64,000 nucleotides of DNA from Phoronis australis (Eukaryota; Animalia; Phoronida): positions 91,907 through 155,906 of the forward strand of contig NMRA01000236.1 of assembly GCA_002633005.1 (NCBI GenBank), written 5' to 3'. Shown one piece after another: positions 28,101 through 41,149 of the stretch. Position numbers and translations under genes: made by a program. The notes beneath the pieces are model-generated. The model was not told the origin of the DNA and made no database searches. It was given only the letters and a program-made list of their open reading frames with translations. Numbering within the stretch: the stretch's first letter is position 1; every line of letters starts with the position of its first letter.

Positions 28101-31100
28101 TTGTTCCCCAAGGGATAATTCAGTCAGTTGATAATAAGTTTAACCCCCTTGATTGTTACATAGCTTTTTGCCGCTAAACTAACACAATCAAATAAATTGT
28201 GTAAACTTCAAATTTTCTACATAGTGCTAAGTACACCTGTCCAGTACTTTACAACCAATATTTTTGTCAACAGGTGTCACTGTGCATTCAACAGGAAATA
28301 TAATTGACAACAGCTTTATGTCTAACCTTAGCCTGTAGTCAGCCCACACAAAAACCTCGAAAAGGCAAGATCATGTAAAAGGAGATACCACCATTCATTA
28401 AAAGCACAGCAAGTGATGGCACAAGCTCTACACACAAAATTCTTGCGTCAATTTGACGCCGCAAAGGTTTACCTGTGCAAAGTGCTCAGTGTTGGCACTG
28501 AGAACATTCTTCACTCTGCCCGCCTCCTTGAACAGCTTAGCCATGGCTCGAGGTTCCTGGAACACGTCTTTGGTTGACTTCTTCTGCTCATTGAAAACGC
28601 GTGCCAGGTGCCTCTGCAGCCGCAGCTGCACCTCAAAGCTGCCCATAGTCTTGTCAAAGCCGACCCCCTTGATGGCCAGCTGTGGGTTGGTCTCGGCAAA
28701 CCCATGTTCCTTGGTCTTGACCAGTTGGTAGGCTGTCCAGAGCAAAGATAAGGCAAGTGACTATTGTGTTAGCTAGAGAAACTTTAAGTCACATAAGTGT
28801 TTGTAATATGCCAACTTGAATGCTTGAATACAAACAAAACTATGACTAACAGATATTGGTAATGTTAAATCATAATTATTGAAGAATCAAGAAAAAAACA
28901 TGTATCATCTATTAGTGTCCCTGACAGCAACTTGTAATTGACTGAAGGCATTTTGTGAGCACATGTCCCAAAGCATACAACTAGTATGATTGACATTTTG
29001 GGACATGCCTAGGGAGACAGAAGAAACAATTGTAAGTACAAACGTAAAACAAGTCAAAACCGCTAGTTTTTCCATGATTATGTTATGTATGCAGTTGAGC
29101 ACATAGGATGTATATTTGATGCATTAAACTTGTTTTTATTTCGGTGTATAATTACAGATTTTCCGGCCTCAACATATCCTTAAAACTTAAAATCTGGGCT
29201 TGTGACCACCAAACTTCACTGGGGACTTGAAAATTAACCAACCGTGTAACACACTGGGTGAACATTGAGTGGTCACTGAAGTTTTGAGTGCAGACCTACC
29301 TACAATAGTGGCTGAGGTGCTGGTGCTACCCATGTCATAGAACATAATATTGGTGGCCGTGGTGTTGAATGCCTTGCGCCTGAACACACCGTAGTTGAGT
29401 GCCACGGCAGCATTGTCGTTCATCAGCTGCAGGACATTGATGCCAGCCAGTTCAGCAGCTCGCTTTAGCGCGCGCCGTTCAGCCTGGTTGAAGTAAGAGG
29501 GCACCACAATCACCGCATTGGGGATGGGTTGTTCTGGAAGAGAGAAGGCAACAGGTAGCATTGGGAAGACTGATCAAACTGATCACAACAAAAAGGAAAT
29601 CAAATCGCATGATTGTGTAAGGAGATAACAAATATCTTTACTAGTCATCTTGTATAAGTTTGGGCAGAGCTTCCCTGATAGAGTTCAAGTTCAATACCTT
29701 TTCTTCACAAACCACATACATTTTTAGAGTACCTCAGAACTAAATAATATTCCTATAAAGAAAAATACGTGTCCGTAACTTGAAATTAAATCTCTCAATA
29801 AAAACTTGTCAAGGGGCACTTGTAGCCAATGTATGAGAAACAAACTGCCACGAATGAAGCGCTACAAACCTGCAAAGTTTTCAGCCTGAATTTTAGCGTA
29901 CTGTAAAATCATGGCTAACAGTTCTTCTGGTGAGTAACGAGTACTTCTGAAAAGAATATCACTTCAAACTGAAACGCCAGCTCATCACACAACATATCTA
30001 TAATTTCACCACATGCCAGTACCCCAGACAGAGGGTTCTAATAATCCAATACGGAAAACAAAAAAATAAATCATGAGGCAATTTACAGATGGATAGCAAA
30101 TGCAGTGTGACCCTAAAAACCCTGAAGCCATAAAAATCCTACATAAATCCATTTATTTTTATCAAATCTGTTTCACATTAACCATACAGGTCAGATTGTA
30201 TTGAACTTGTTTCTTATTTACAAATTTAAGTGTTAGAATTTGAAATTTTTGTTGCTTCATTTTTGGTACCTGACTGGATATTAATTTTCAGTAACATTGC
30301 AGGCCAATTACACTACAAAAACGCAATTGTCAATACAGAGGAGAGCATGCGACACCCTGTAATTTGCATACCATATGAAACATTACACGACCTCCCAAAA
30401 CTAGACTACCCTTAAATTAGCAACACAATAGTATTTAGCTCCACGACCACACTCAGCAACCAGCACACAAGCCCATTAGCAAACTCAATCCTTTCACACC
30501 AATACCAACAGCAGTAATAGTTACTTACAGGGGACCCAGATTTTGAGAACCAGTTTGACACCTATTATTCAGTAGAGAAAACTGGTTCTTGAAATTATGG
30601 GGCCCCTGTATATGACTAGTACTCCAACAGCAATATTGCCCTGCTACTCACTCATCATGCTGAAATACAAAAGTTTTTCTCTCTTCGTCGTCGACAATGT
30701 TGTAGTAAGGAAAAGTCTCCTTGAACTTCTTAACCACAGGGTTGTTGGCCGACTTTCCCAGCAGCTCGCGCAGATAGCGATAAGCATTCTTCGGGTATTT
30801 GACCGCCTGACAAAGCAAACCATGCATTCCTTGATAAAGAAGGTGGTGGCATACAGCTTGTTACGAAAATGTTAAGCACACGAGCTCAAAAAAGACGACA
30901 ACCTTGTTGACAAGCACCCACTTAAAGCATAATATTCCAAGATTGAATTGTTTACAAGTTTCCTTGCTCCAGTAACAGAAGTCAGCAACAACTTAATTTG
31001 CAGTAATAATAATAAATAACATGTATATATGTGAACCAGCATGGAAATATAGATTACAAAATTTAAAGTCTGGTCTGCACGCCACCTGTTGGCCACATCA

Positions 31101-34100
31101 CGTGACCCAATGAACATCAGTCTGGTCTGCATGTCACCTGTTCTGATCGTGAGCAGAAATCTTTTCGGATCACGTGATGTGGCCAACAGGTGACACACAA
31201 AGCAGACTTGAAATGATTGTAATAAATAGCATACTCAAATTTCTTCAACTTGTCACCAAGGTGGAAGCAAAGATTTAGGTATAAACACCAAGTAACAAGA
31301 TGTTACCAAAAGACTCCAATGTTAATAAAAGACTCCAATATTTTGTTTCCAAAAACAGGGAAATACTTTTTGGCAAACATAAATTTCTGTTTTTATCCGT
31401 TTCGTACATTAGCGGGTTCTGCTTTTCAAAATGGTAAAAAATGTGATCCGGGAAGTGTTTCGTGGTGTTTCCGCTGAATTATGCAGCAGCTCCATTTTAC
31501 CCATAACTTGCTGCTTGCCATGTTTACTATTTCTCAAAACCAGAAAAGAACAATGCCATCTTCAGAAAGAATGAACAAGTACTTGAACATGACCACTATA
31601 AAAGGATCTTCCATGAAATTGTGGAAAGAATTGTATAATTTGATGTATAATATTCTTACTTTTTTGTAATAACCAAAAATATTAAAATTATGGGATCTAC
31701 AAATAAAATATATGAATTCCATTTGAAACTAGTAATGCCATAAAAGACGCCAAGATTGCGTTTTCACAGAAAATAAGGATCTCCATCCTACTCACTGTAG
31801 TTAATGCTTCGTCACCAAATGTTCTTTCCCCATTCCTCATGGCAACAACGGTTGGAGACTTTCGACGAGATTCCCTGAGAAAGATGAACATGAACATTTA
31901 AACAATTCAATCTAAAGAAAGAAAATGAACACCGCAATAGTTTACACTAGGCAAAAACAGTTCCATTCAGTAAAGGGAACATCATCTGTCGGGATATAAC
32001 TTTTAAACTCGAAATCAAACGCGAAATTATTTCTAATATTTTCCATTCCACTTTGGTATGCACTCAAGATAAGAGTTTAGTAGTCTGAATCATGGGGTCA
32101 TCAAGTACGAATTTAGAGTAGTCCATAATATACTGAAGCACAGAATCATGGATATCTTAAAAAAGTTCATACCAAAAGAGAACAGTGATCAACACATATT
32201 TCAAGTTCAGTTTCGAGTAAAACGATTAGATCATGGGGCCCAGTGATGTGTGGATTAAAAGTAATCCAAATTACCAAAAGTAGTTGTGCCCATGTCTGAC
32301 CGATTCAGTTTTTCTTTGCAGGAGTAAAATGACTTCACCACAAAAAGGGTTATTAAGAGAACTTAGAAAACTTGATGATAAATGTAAATACAGACACAGG
32401 TGGAACTCAGAAAGTGTTCTTAATCTCTTTCAACCCAAGAAACTCACAATGCATTATTAACAGGTGACCACACACAGAAAGGACAACCTTTAATTAAATA
32501 ACTAAACAACAGAGCTCAACAACATGTAATACTTGTTCAAAACAATCTCCATTGGTACGCCTGGTTTCACTATAGCAATTTTCATGAACTCGTTTCCCAA
32601 ATCGATTGACATCACTGCAAGGCCATCTGAAACAAAAAGGACATGCGATTTTCATATACTGCAACAGCCTCAATGTATTTGATTACTGTGCACAAGGTAT
32701 TCCTGTAGTAAAAAAGCACCGTGATGCAAATTGAACATTAACAAGCTTTACAAGTATTAGATTTTAAATCACCAAAGATTTTAAAGATTGGAAGCAAATT
32801 GCTTTCCTGAAATGATTAACTTGTAAGTTCTAATCCAGGAACAATTTTACATGGGTCCAAAATATTGAATCACTTACCTGTGTTGTACACAAAGCAGGCA
32901 AAGAGAAGCCCAGTCAAACTTAGAAGTAGACTGTGTCGCATCTTGACTGAAAAAACAAAGGTATTACCAGGTGGCAATTACTCAAAGTTAAGATCTGCCA
33001 AAGAGGCTGGTCCAGAATTAGATTTGCTTGATACTCTCAAAAGTGCTGTCCACACTAGGAGTTACCCTAAAACAATTTACTTACTTCTGGAATGAGTAGG
33101 CTTAGTAGAAGTGTGGATACTATAGTATTTCATTTGGCACAACTTGACACACGTGCTACAAACTTACCCACCTTATCAAGGTGGGGTAACTTGTTCTAGG
33201 GCAACTTACCCCGATACAAGTTACAGTGTGGATGCAATGTTGCAGACAAGGCAGAAATAAATACACGTTGCGTGTTTGCTTAGTTACATACATAATCCTG
33301 TGTGTGCTATTCTTGTCAAAAGATGAAGGGTGTGTAGTGAGGAGGATTGGCTGATATAAAACAAGTTGTTCAACAATAACTTGTAGTATAGACATGACTA
33401 AAGACATTAGCACAGTGCACGTTGTTCAACAATAACTTGTAGTATAGACATGACTACAGACATTAATATAGTGCATACTTATAGACATGACTAAAGACAC
33501 CCTTTCAATAACAGCCTTAGAAAGTGAAACCAACACCTCAGTTATTGAGATAGCACTATGAGGGATCAAACATTAATGCATTGAATAGCCATATGGCAAT
33601 TTGATTTTGTTACTAATGGCAAGCTAAAAATTCCCCATCACAGGAAATGACAGGACTACTGTACCCTCGTGAAAACAAGCTGGCATTTGCATCACACTGG
33701 GGATGATTTGTTAGCATCTAGTTACTCACAAATATGCTGCGCCAAACATGACAACATCTCTTGAAATTGCTTTATGAAACAAAAAAAAAATCAACCAAAT
33801 GGCACATGTTATGTTATGAGTATTCTGTTTTGAAATCGACAACTAATTTTACTTTGAAACAACATGGGAGAATACAACACAAGCAAATGACATTAACTAT
33901 GTAGATTTTGATTTATTAAATGTAATGGATGAGATTCGTGTCAACCAGACTTGCTCCATTTTGATGCAAGTTTCATAGGCAAAAGATACCCGCTCATCCA
34001 AAGCCTTTACCACAAACAGATGGTGCTGGATGCAATAACGCTTTACTAACAAGTAGCACTGCTCATAGTCATGTGACATTCTTGAGGGAAATCTGACAGA

Positions 34101-36060
34101 TACAATGGGGAACCAAGCACTTTGACCTACATTCTACAGCTGCTAAGATCACACCGTGCCGTGCTGTTGTAACATGATGCGCTCCTCAGTGCTTCACTCT
34201 TTGTTTATACCATCAGCTGTTATTAATCATGGCCACCAACATGTTTATAGTGTATGCTAGCCATTTGATGCCAGTACGGTAGTTATGTTCTGATTGGTAG
34301 CTATGTTCTGATCGTTAAATAGATACTACAGAAACCAGTCTCTTTTGCCTTTGTGTTGATAGTACATAAAATATTACAGCTGCTTACTAGTTGAACCATA
34401 AGCTGCCGTGGTGTCCGTCTGCTGGACTGTAGTTGGCTAACGAAACACTAAATACCTATAATATCTCAAGAGAAACCCAACATGTACATCACCACGTATA
34501 ATTCCAGCATCAGTGGTTGGATTTCAACCTAATTAAAAATTATAGTTTGTGAGTTGCCAAAATCTCGGGCGGGAAACGGACCCGGTTAAGTAGCGGCTTT
34601 AAAAGCTGGTGTGATGGCAAAGTCACAAGTCACAAGCTTCCCACCGGATTGCAACATTGTAGGCTTCAAATTGTAATATGAATTTCACCTCACTATCTAA
34701 AAAGTTGAATGACACAGCTAGGTTTTGGCACAATCTTCTCTCAGAAAAATACCCCGGACGACAGACTGTTTAACCTCAACACTACGGATAATTATGCAAC
34801 AGCTAAAAGTGAATTATCAAAACTCTTTATGCATTTTCGACATAAAGGATTAATCTTAATTCACCTGGTGTCAAATAGGGACACTCACTCACTCAGTCGT
34901 ATTCGCCTGAATACAAAGAATTTGTTGAAATTGAAATTTACCGCATGGTGAAATGATTTATTGGAGTTTACCGGGTGAACATTGTGACGAGTACTGAATG
35001 ATGAGCTCGCTGAAAAACTAGATGACTGAAGAGCCAAAATCGGTTTGACTAACTTATATGTCGCCTGATCACCAAGGTCACATTCACTGAATGTTAAATA
35101 CCCCTGGCAGCATTTACGCCGAGCAACCACAACAGTGTAGATCAGTTTTCTCAACACGTTCACCTTAATTTCTTACAGGTAATAATTAGTTATGGTGACA
35201 AACAACGTGATTGATGGGAAGCGCCATCTGTTTGGGGTGAAGGTTTTGAATGAGCCGGTACCTTTCACAGGCGCTCGAATTTCCCGATGACTCATAACCA
35301 TATAACATAAGAAACATAAAGGTTTGACACTAAAACTTTGACAAGGCTCCCAACTCCAACTGTCCCAAATTCAAATAAAATCGGCGTGCATCTCCCTCAG
35401 ACTGGTATTGCATAAACCTTTGAAGCCATCCTTGATCCCCTTAAAGTATCCCTGTGAGTGGTGAATTAGCGACTAAATTTTAAAAACCAATCTCAAAACT
35501 CTGAATTCATGGACCCAAAATGGTTAACATGGCGAATTCCAGTTGTGCTTTAACTTGTACGCCTGTCGAAGATAAAATTTCGAGTTTGAGCAACCCTTTA
35601 GCAGCAGAATAACAGTAGAACGCCATTTTTTCCGACACTGTTAAATAATTTTGTTTACTCAAGGAAGACTAGTTTATAACGACACTAATTTTGTGTCAGA
35701 TTTTATCTTACCACTTTTTTACCCACATCGGTGCAAAGCTGTATATTTATATACAGCTTTGTACCAAGGATATTTTATATGTAATTGCCTAAAGTAAGAC
35801 CTGCCTCCCGTTCAGTAACGCTAGGACCTTGCTAAAAAGCAAGACTTCGTGAGATTATGCGAGATATGGCCGTGTATTTTAAATGAGAACACGTGACTTT
35901 GATTAGATTTTAGCTAGGTCCTAGCGTAGGTCCTATATTAGGCAATGACCATCGCCACTGTTGGCCCGAACTTAGTTCAGGCCAACAGAGGCTATGGTCA
36001 TTGCCTAGTCTATATCGTCCGGTTACCTATTTTCGTCAGGCTCCAAAGTTCGTCCGCCAT
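13115..36060 (-). CDS. HYOU1: Hypoxia up-regulated protein 1 (GRP170/ORP150), ~1038 aa. Exons 36027-36060, 32878-32946, 32533-32626, 31796-31874, 30652-30806, 29870-29946, 29300-29533, 28473-28732, 27790-27924, 26761-26843, 25971-26103, 25129-25316, 23236-23377, 22672-22738, 21709-21842, 19895-20038, 19404-19499, 17927-18039, 16921-17131, 16402-16620, 14721-15000, 14104-14217, 13115-13170
   Basis: Signal peptide then [37 protein letters not shown]; [84 protein letters not shown]; C-terminal HNEEL-stop. All junctions are GT-AG and phase-compatible. The start at 36060 is less certain than the downstream ATG at 32941. Confidence 0.97.
13240..13295. repeat. (TAA)n microsatellite
   Basis: Visible taataataa run in the last HYOU1 intron. 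Confidence 0.9.
16070..16390. repeat. ~52-bp minisatellite x6 just inside a HYOU1 intron
   Basis: Repeated gttctacaaactaccaataactatcctctaaataacatctcctccctgcag. Confidence 0.92.
18252..18905. repeat. ~39-bp minisatellite (gtgtattactatctgagtatggtaggcaagtctgtaggt)n interrupted by a foldback element
   Basis: Units at 18252-18460 resume at 18837-18905. Confidence 0.9.
18461..18836. mobile_element. Foldback/MITE with ~170-bp inverted arms
   Basis: Begins caaggtacctaaactac, ends gtagtttaggtaccttg; arms are near reverse complements; single N at the centre. Confidence 0.8.
24394..24625 (+). mobile_element. tRNA-derived SINE
   Basis: A-box-like tggcccggttgataag, B box ggttcgagtcc, non-tRNA body gtttctagctcct..gaggcctgcgcacg.ctggtacaacg shared with 62456-62637. 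Confidence 0.8.
24627..24930 (-). mobile_element. Partial MITE-like DNA element with gcggaaa subterminal repeats, interrupting the SINE
   Basis: Right end reads cagggcttggaattttccgcggaaacgcgg on -; the left end is an N joint. Confidence 0.5.
27563..27797. repeat. ~54-bp tandem repeat (4+ units) overlapping a HYOU1 splice donor
   Basis: Units contain the palindrome atggtaaatttaccat; the last includes the donor at 27789. Confidence 0.9.
30513..30622. mobile_element. Short palindromic MITE-like element, copy 2
   Basis: tacagggga..ttttgagaaccagttt / aaactggttcttgaaa..ggcccctgta inverted arms. Confidence 0.7.
31083..31192. repeat. 23-bp perfect inverted repeat, each arm with TCACGTGA
   Basis: cacctgttggccacatcacgtga (31083-31105) and tcacgtgatgtggccaacaggtg (31170-31192). 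Confidence 0.8.
34696..36008 (+). mobile_element. ~1.3-kb duplicated non-coding element, short copy (in HYOU1 intron 1), ending in a long hairpin and CTAG
   Basis: 34699-35594 closely matches 37497-38380 and 35597-36000 closely matches 40445-40847. Classification as mobile is inference. Confidence 0.65.
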
Positions 36061-36065
36061 CTTGT
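36054..36065 (-). promoter_or_regulatory. YY1/Kozak-type motif caagATGGCGG at the probable HYOU1 first exon, in CpG-rich promoter-like DNA
   Basis: ccgccatcttg on +; donor ag|gtaacc follows 34 nt into the frame; CCAAT at 36101. Confidence 0.55.
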
Positions 36066-36354
36066 TTCGCGTGCAGCGCAACCACGCGGGACTTAGCGTT
36101 CCAATTTGGAGTGCTCGTCTTCACGTTAGGTACTAACCTCTCGGGAGAAACACGTATCAAAGTAATGAGACAAAAATCGGTGAGTTTACCGATTGTTTTT
36201 TAAAACCACTTAAAAATCAGTAGATTTTACTAATACACTTTTTTGTGCGTTTTCAGAAGATGTTTTCGAATTTAAATTTTCTTCCGACGGGACACAAAAC
36301 ATGATCCAGGGTTTGTTTATGCAATGTATCTGTTTGTCCCAGGCACTAGTAGGA

Positions 36355-36643
36355 NNNNNNNNNNNNNNNNNNNNNNNNNNNNNNNNNNNNNNNNNNNNNN
36401 NNNNNNNNNNNNNNNNNNNNNNNNNNNNNNNNNNNNNNNNNNNNNNNNNNNNNNNNNNNNNNNNNNNNNNNNNNNNNNNNNNNNNNNNNNNNNNNNNNNN
36501 NNNNNNNNNNNNNNNNNNNNNNNNNNNNNNNNNNNNNNNNNNNNNNNNNNNNNNNNNNNNNNNNNNNNNNNNNNNNNNNNNNNNNNNNNNNNNNNNNNNN
36601 NNNNNNNNNNNNNNNNNNNNNNNNNNNNNNNNNNNNNNNNNNN
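36355..36643. other. Assembly gap (N run)
   Basis: Run of N. Confidence 0.99.
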
Positions 36644-37496
36644 AGTTAACTTGCGTTTCGGTTTGTAACCAGCAGACAATGCATGGATACGTTTAACAAA
36701 CATAAATATATGCTATGTTCTTGTCATTGTTCGTCACTTTCTTCATTGAACTCGTTCCCACATCCATTACTGTTACGTTTAATGCAAAATTCGTTAAAAT
36801 TGAGAAAGCGCATGTTTTGATGGTCGGGAACCCTCTTTGTGCGCCGAATACGCAATTCCAGCATTTTATTGGGAAACCATGCGTTCACAGCGCAAACTCG
36901 ACATTTTTGTTATTGAGAAAACGCATTTTTACAAAAGAGAATCGGTTGTCTAACGTTTCATGTGCGTCAACAACGCAAACCAGACCCACTCATTGAAAAG
37001 CCCATATTTGTCACCAGGAAGACTCTTCGCAACGCAGCCCGATATTTCAAGTGGGATAGCGCAGTTTTGAAAAGATTCCGTCACTTGCGGAGAACGGTTT
37101 TTGAGCATCGGCAATGCAAGCCGAATATTTCATATTGAGAAAGCACATCTTTGAAAAGAAGAACCAACACTTGTTGGGAACGGTCTTTGTGCGTCGACGG
37201 CGCACATTTCTTATTGGGAAAGCCAGATTTTCAAAAATTAATCGCTCAGACCATTTGAGTCTCATTTACCTGCAATTATACTGCTATCAAATGACCGAGC
37301 CAGCATTGTTGATGCTACGACCGCTCATCGAAATAATGTACACCCACGAAATTCGGACACTAGCGGAAACCCAAATTTGGAGGTTCGCCAAATTCGGACA
37401 CCACAAAATGATATTTCGCGAGATTCGTCCAAGAATGAATTTTTTCTATTGGAATTAATTTTCAGTGTCCGAAAATCACGCGACTTTACCGTAACT

Positions 37497-40400
37497 AAAA
37501 AGTTGAATGACACACCTAGGTTTTGGCACAAACTTCTCTCAGAAAAATACCCCGGCCGACAGACTGTTTAACCTCAACACTACGGATAATTATGTAACAG
37601 CTAAAAGTGAATTATCAAAACTATGCATTTTCGACATAAAGGATTAATCTTAATTCACCTGGTGTCAAATAGGGACACTCACTCACTCAGTCGTATTTGC
37701 CTGAATACAAAGAATTTGTTGAAATTGAAATTTACCGCATGGTGAAATGATTTATTGGAGTTTACCGGGTGAACATTGTGATGAGTACTGAATGACGAGT
37801 TCGCTGACTGAAGAGCCAAAATCGGTTTATTTGACTGACTTATATGTCGTCTGATCACCAAGGTCACATTCACTGAATGTTAAATACCCCTGACAGCATT
37901 TACGCCGAGCAACCACAACAGTGTAGATCAGTTTTCTCAACGCTTTCACCTTAATTTCTTATATGTAATAAATAGTTATGGTGACAAACAACGTGATTAA
38001 TGGGAAGTGCCATCTGTTTGTGGTGAAGGTTTTGAATGAGCAGGTACCTTTCACAGGCGCTCGAATTTCCCGATGACTCATAACCATATAACATAAGAAA
38101 CATAAAGGTTTGACACTAAAACTTTGATGAGGCTCCCAACTCCAACTGTCCCAAATCCAAATAAAATCGGCGTGCATCTCCCTCAGGCTGGTATTGCATA
38201 AACCTTTGAAGCCTTACTTGATCCCCTTAAAGTATCCCTGTGAGTGGTGAATTAGCGACGAAATTTTAAAAACCAATCTCAAAACTCTGAATTCATGGAC
38301 CCAAAATGGTTAACATGGCGGATTCCAGTTGTGCTTTAACTTGTACGCCTGTCGAAGATAAAAATTCGAGTTTGAGCAACAAACCCCTATATAAAAGTCA
38401 AGAAATGTACCCCCAATTTAAATGATTGAGGTTACTAAAAAATCCTTTCATTTCTGTGTAGTGTTTCTCCTTATAGCTGCATTTACCACTCAACCTAGAA
38501 TTCATTTGCAAGAACGAGAGTATCTTGTGTTTGATTTTGACATTAAGTGCTCTTCTTTGTTGAAGCACAACGAAAGCTCGGAGATTTCTGATGTCTTATC
38601 GCACGTAAATCACCTATCGGCAATTGCCGGATTTTGCAGCAGGCCAGCGCTAGTAGCCAGCAACCCTGTTACTTCAATTATAAACATTGTTTTTCATAAT
38701 CAGTTTAACTACATTCAAACTGATTCTAAATTATGTGGAGGGCACTCAAATAACATTAGTGGGCATGCGAAAACAGAGCTACGGAATTGCTTCCGGGGCG
38801 TCCGCCAAAAACCCGGATGCTCGAAAGTCTTCTGCCATGAATGTCTTACATCACGAAATAATGCCCTTGAATTTGTGATTTCGGCCTTTATTTGGCATTT
38901 AGGTTGTCAAATCAGAACTCGAAGGCAATTTCAAGTGATCAAGTGAAAGAAGGTATTCAAATATTTGTTCGATGCAGATACGGTAGAGTTCCATGCACAT
39001 CAGAGTAGAAAATTCTGAGCAAACCGATTTTTAGTGTCCAACCTTTGGGTTTTCTTAGCAGCCAGTGACGTCAGTGATGATCGAGAAACAAATAAACTCA
39101 AGCACCAGTGGTACCTTTGAGCGGACTGGAAATAGAATTGTTCTTGCATGGCAAGAGTAAGACTAAGCAACACGTAGCCCCTCGGTTGGCCATTTAGGGG
39201 CTACAATACTTCCATTCGCTTTCTGTACGCATTTTGTTACATGTATTTTAAATGGGCGGTAACCTGAATCTGGTCACCGATTTCGAGTTTTCACCTCACC
39301 AAAAATACATTCCACACTTAAAACTATCATTTAAAAAAATGCCTACTTTCATCATTGGTCCTTTCTTCTTCTATACATATCTTCGATGAAGTTTAGTTGT
39401 GATAATTAAGGTGACTTTGGCAAAGAATTCCAACTCCACTTTTTTGGTTACCGTTATTTTTTTCACCGCGGGCGCGATAACCATAAGGTATGTCAACTGA
39501 GTCACGTGAGTTAGGCAAATGCTAGCGCGAGACTGAGCGAAGCCCGTGACACTAGCGCGACACTTACAAAATAGCACGAGAAGGTATCAGGTGAAATTTG
39601 TAAGACTTGTTTCCCTTGGACTTTTTATTTGTCAACATAACTTCCTCAAATGGCACACGGTAAGAGAAACTCTAGCAAACCGCGACAGATTTTGATCGAT
39701 TCGTTCAAATTATCTTGACTGAATCATTTTCAGACTTATGGTATGAGTTGTTTATAACTCCATGTGCATATATGCATGTTTCATTTGATTTTATTTCCTG
39801 TATTCTGAAATGAGTAACTTTTTGTGGGGATGTACTAACACCCTTGTATGCCTGCGGCAGGGCGATGTAATTGCTAGCCAGCCAGCTAGCTGTATGAAGA
39901 CTGTCGTCAAAATACAGTTAGGCAGCACTATGTGTATTTCTTCCGTAGACCCCGAAATTACATGCAGCCAGGGTAGTTATGCTCGTCACTGCGCTGTGAA
40001 ACTTGTATCAAAATGTAAAGCTAAAGATCGGATGGGGTGCATGCAAAATCTGGGAATCAACCGATACTCACCTTGCCCGTTACAGCCGTTTTTAAAAGTG
40101 AAAAACAACGTCATTTTCTTGCGTAACTCTCCGCCTTATCTAACAGTGAAAAGTATGTCATCGTTTTGAAAACAATACACTCGTGTCACGCGCACGCGCC
40201 ATTTCCTAAATTTTTCGCGACAACTTCGGAGACGTAAAATTTGTTCTGAAATTCAGTTTTGCGGTATCGAAATTCTCAAAACTTGTAATGAAGTGAAATC
40301 AGTTCCAATAATTTGTTGTGACGTGTACACAAGCTTGGGAAAGAACAGCAATTGATTGAATAATCGGCGAAAAAAAAAAGTGGGCAATAGGCGACGCAAT

Positions 40401-40847
40401 ATTTCATGGCGCCAAAAGCCGTCGCTAAAGATCGCTCCACAACTTTAGCAGCAGAATAACGGTAGAACGCCATTTTTTCCGACACTGTAAAATAATTTTG
40501 TTTACTCAAGGAAGACTAGTTTTTAACGACACTAATTTTGTGTCAGATTTTATCTTACCACTTTTTTACCCACATCGGTGCAAAGCTGTATATTTATATA
40601 CAGCTTTGTACCAAGGCTATGTAATTGTCTAAAGTAAGACCTGCCTCCTGTTCAGTAACGCTAAGACCTCGCTAAAAAGCAAGACTTTGTGAGATTACAT
40701 GAGATATGGCCGTGTATTTTAAATGAGAACACGTGACTTTGATTAGATTTTAGCTAGATCCTAGCGTAGGTCCTATAGTATACTAAGCAATGACCATCGC
40801 CTCTGTTGGCCCAAACCTGGTTCGGGCCAACAGAGCCGCTATGGTCT
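37497..40847 (+). mobile_element. Long copy (~3.35 kb) of the duplicated element, with ~2.06 kb extra internal sequence (38381-40444)
   Basis: Both ends align to 34699-36000; no recognisable transposase in the extra segment. Confidence 0.6.
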
Positions 40848-41149
40848 GGTCGCTGAGTGATGGTTTCGATGTGGATGCTCTAATAGAACCCTATAACAAG
40901 ACACATTATGAAGGAACAGGTCTTATATTTTTTCGTATTTAGCAAGCTAAACAGGGCGATGCAGCATTAAAATTGTTGTTGACATTTGACAATGTCTTTA
41001 AATGAACAATGATCGACACCGACATCTGGATTTGGCTTATTTGACATTCAAGGACGTTCACTCTTAGTTACAGAAACAAGCAAGACGCATTGCAGATGAC
41101 TTTATCATGACTCAATTCCTACATGTTAAAAATGATTTCACACACCATG

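Noticed and set aside
36095-36130. ERSE element in the HYOU1 promoter
   Set aside because: CCAAT and CCACG are both nearby but not in CCAAT-N9-CCACG order and spacing.
36301-36703. ORFs of 114-131 aa
   Set aside because: Artefacts of translating the N gap.
38422-38946. 174-aa ORF as transposase or Rep/helicase
   Set aside because: No DDE, HUH or helicase motifs recognised on either strand.
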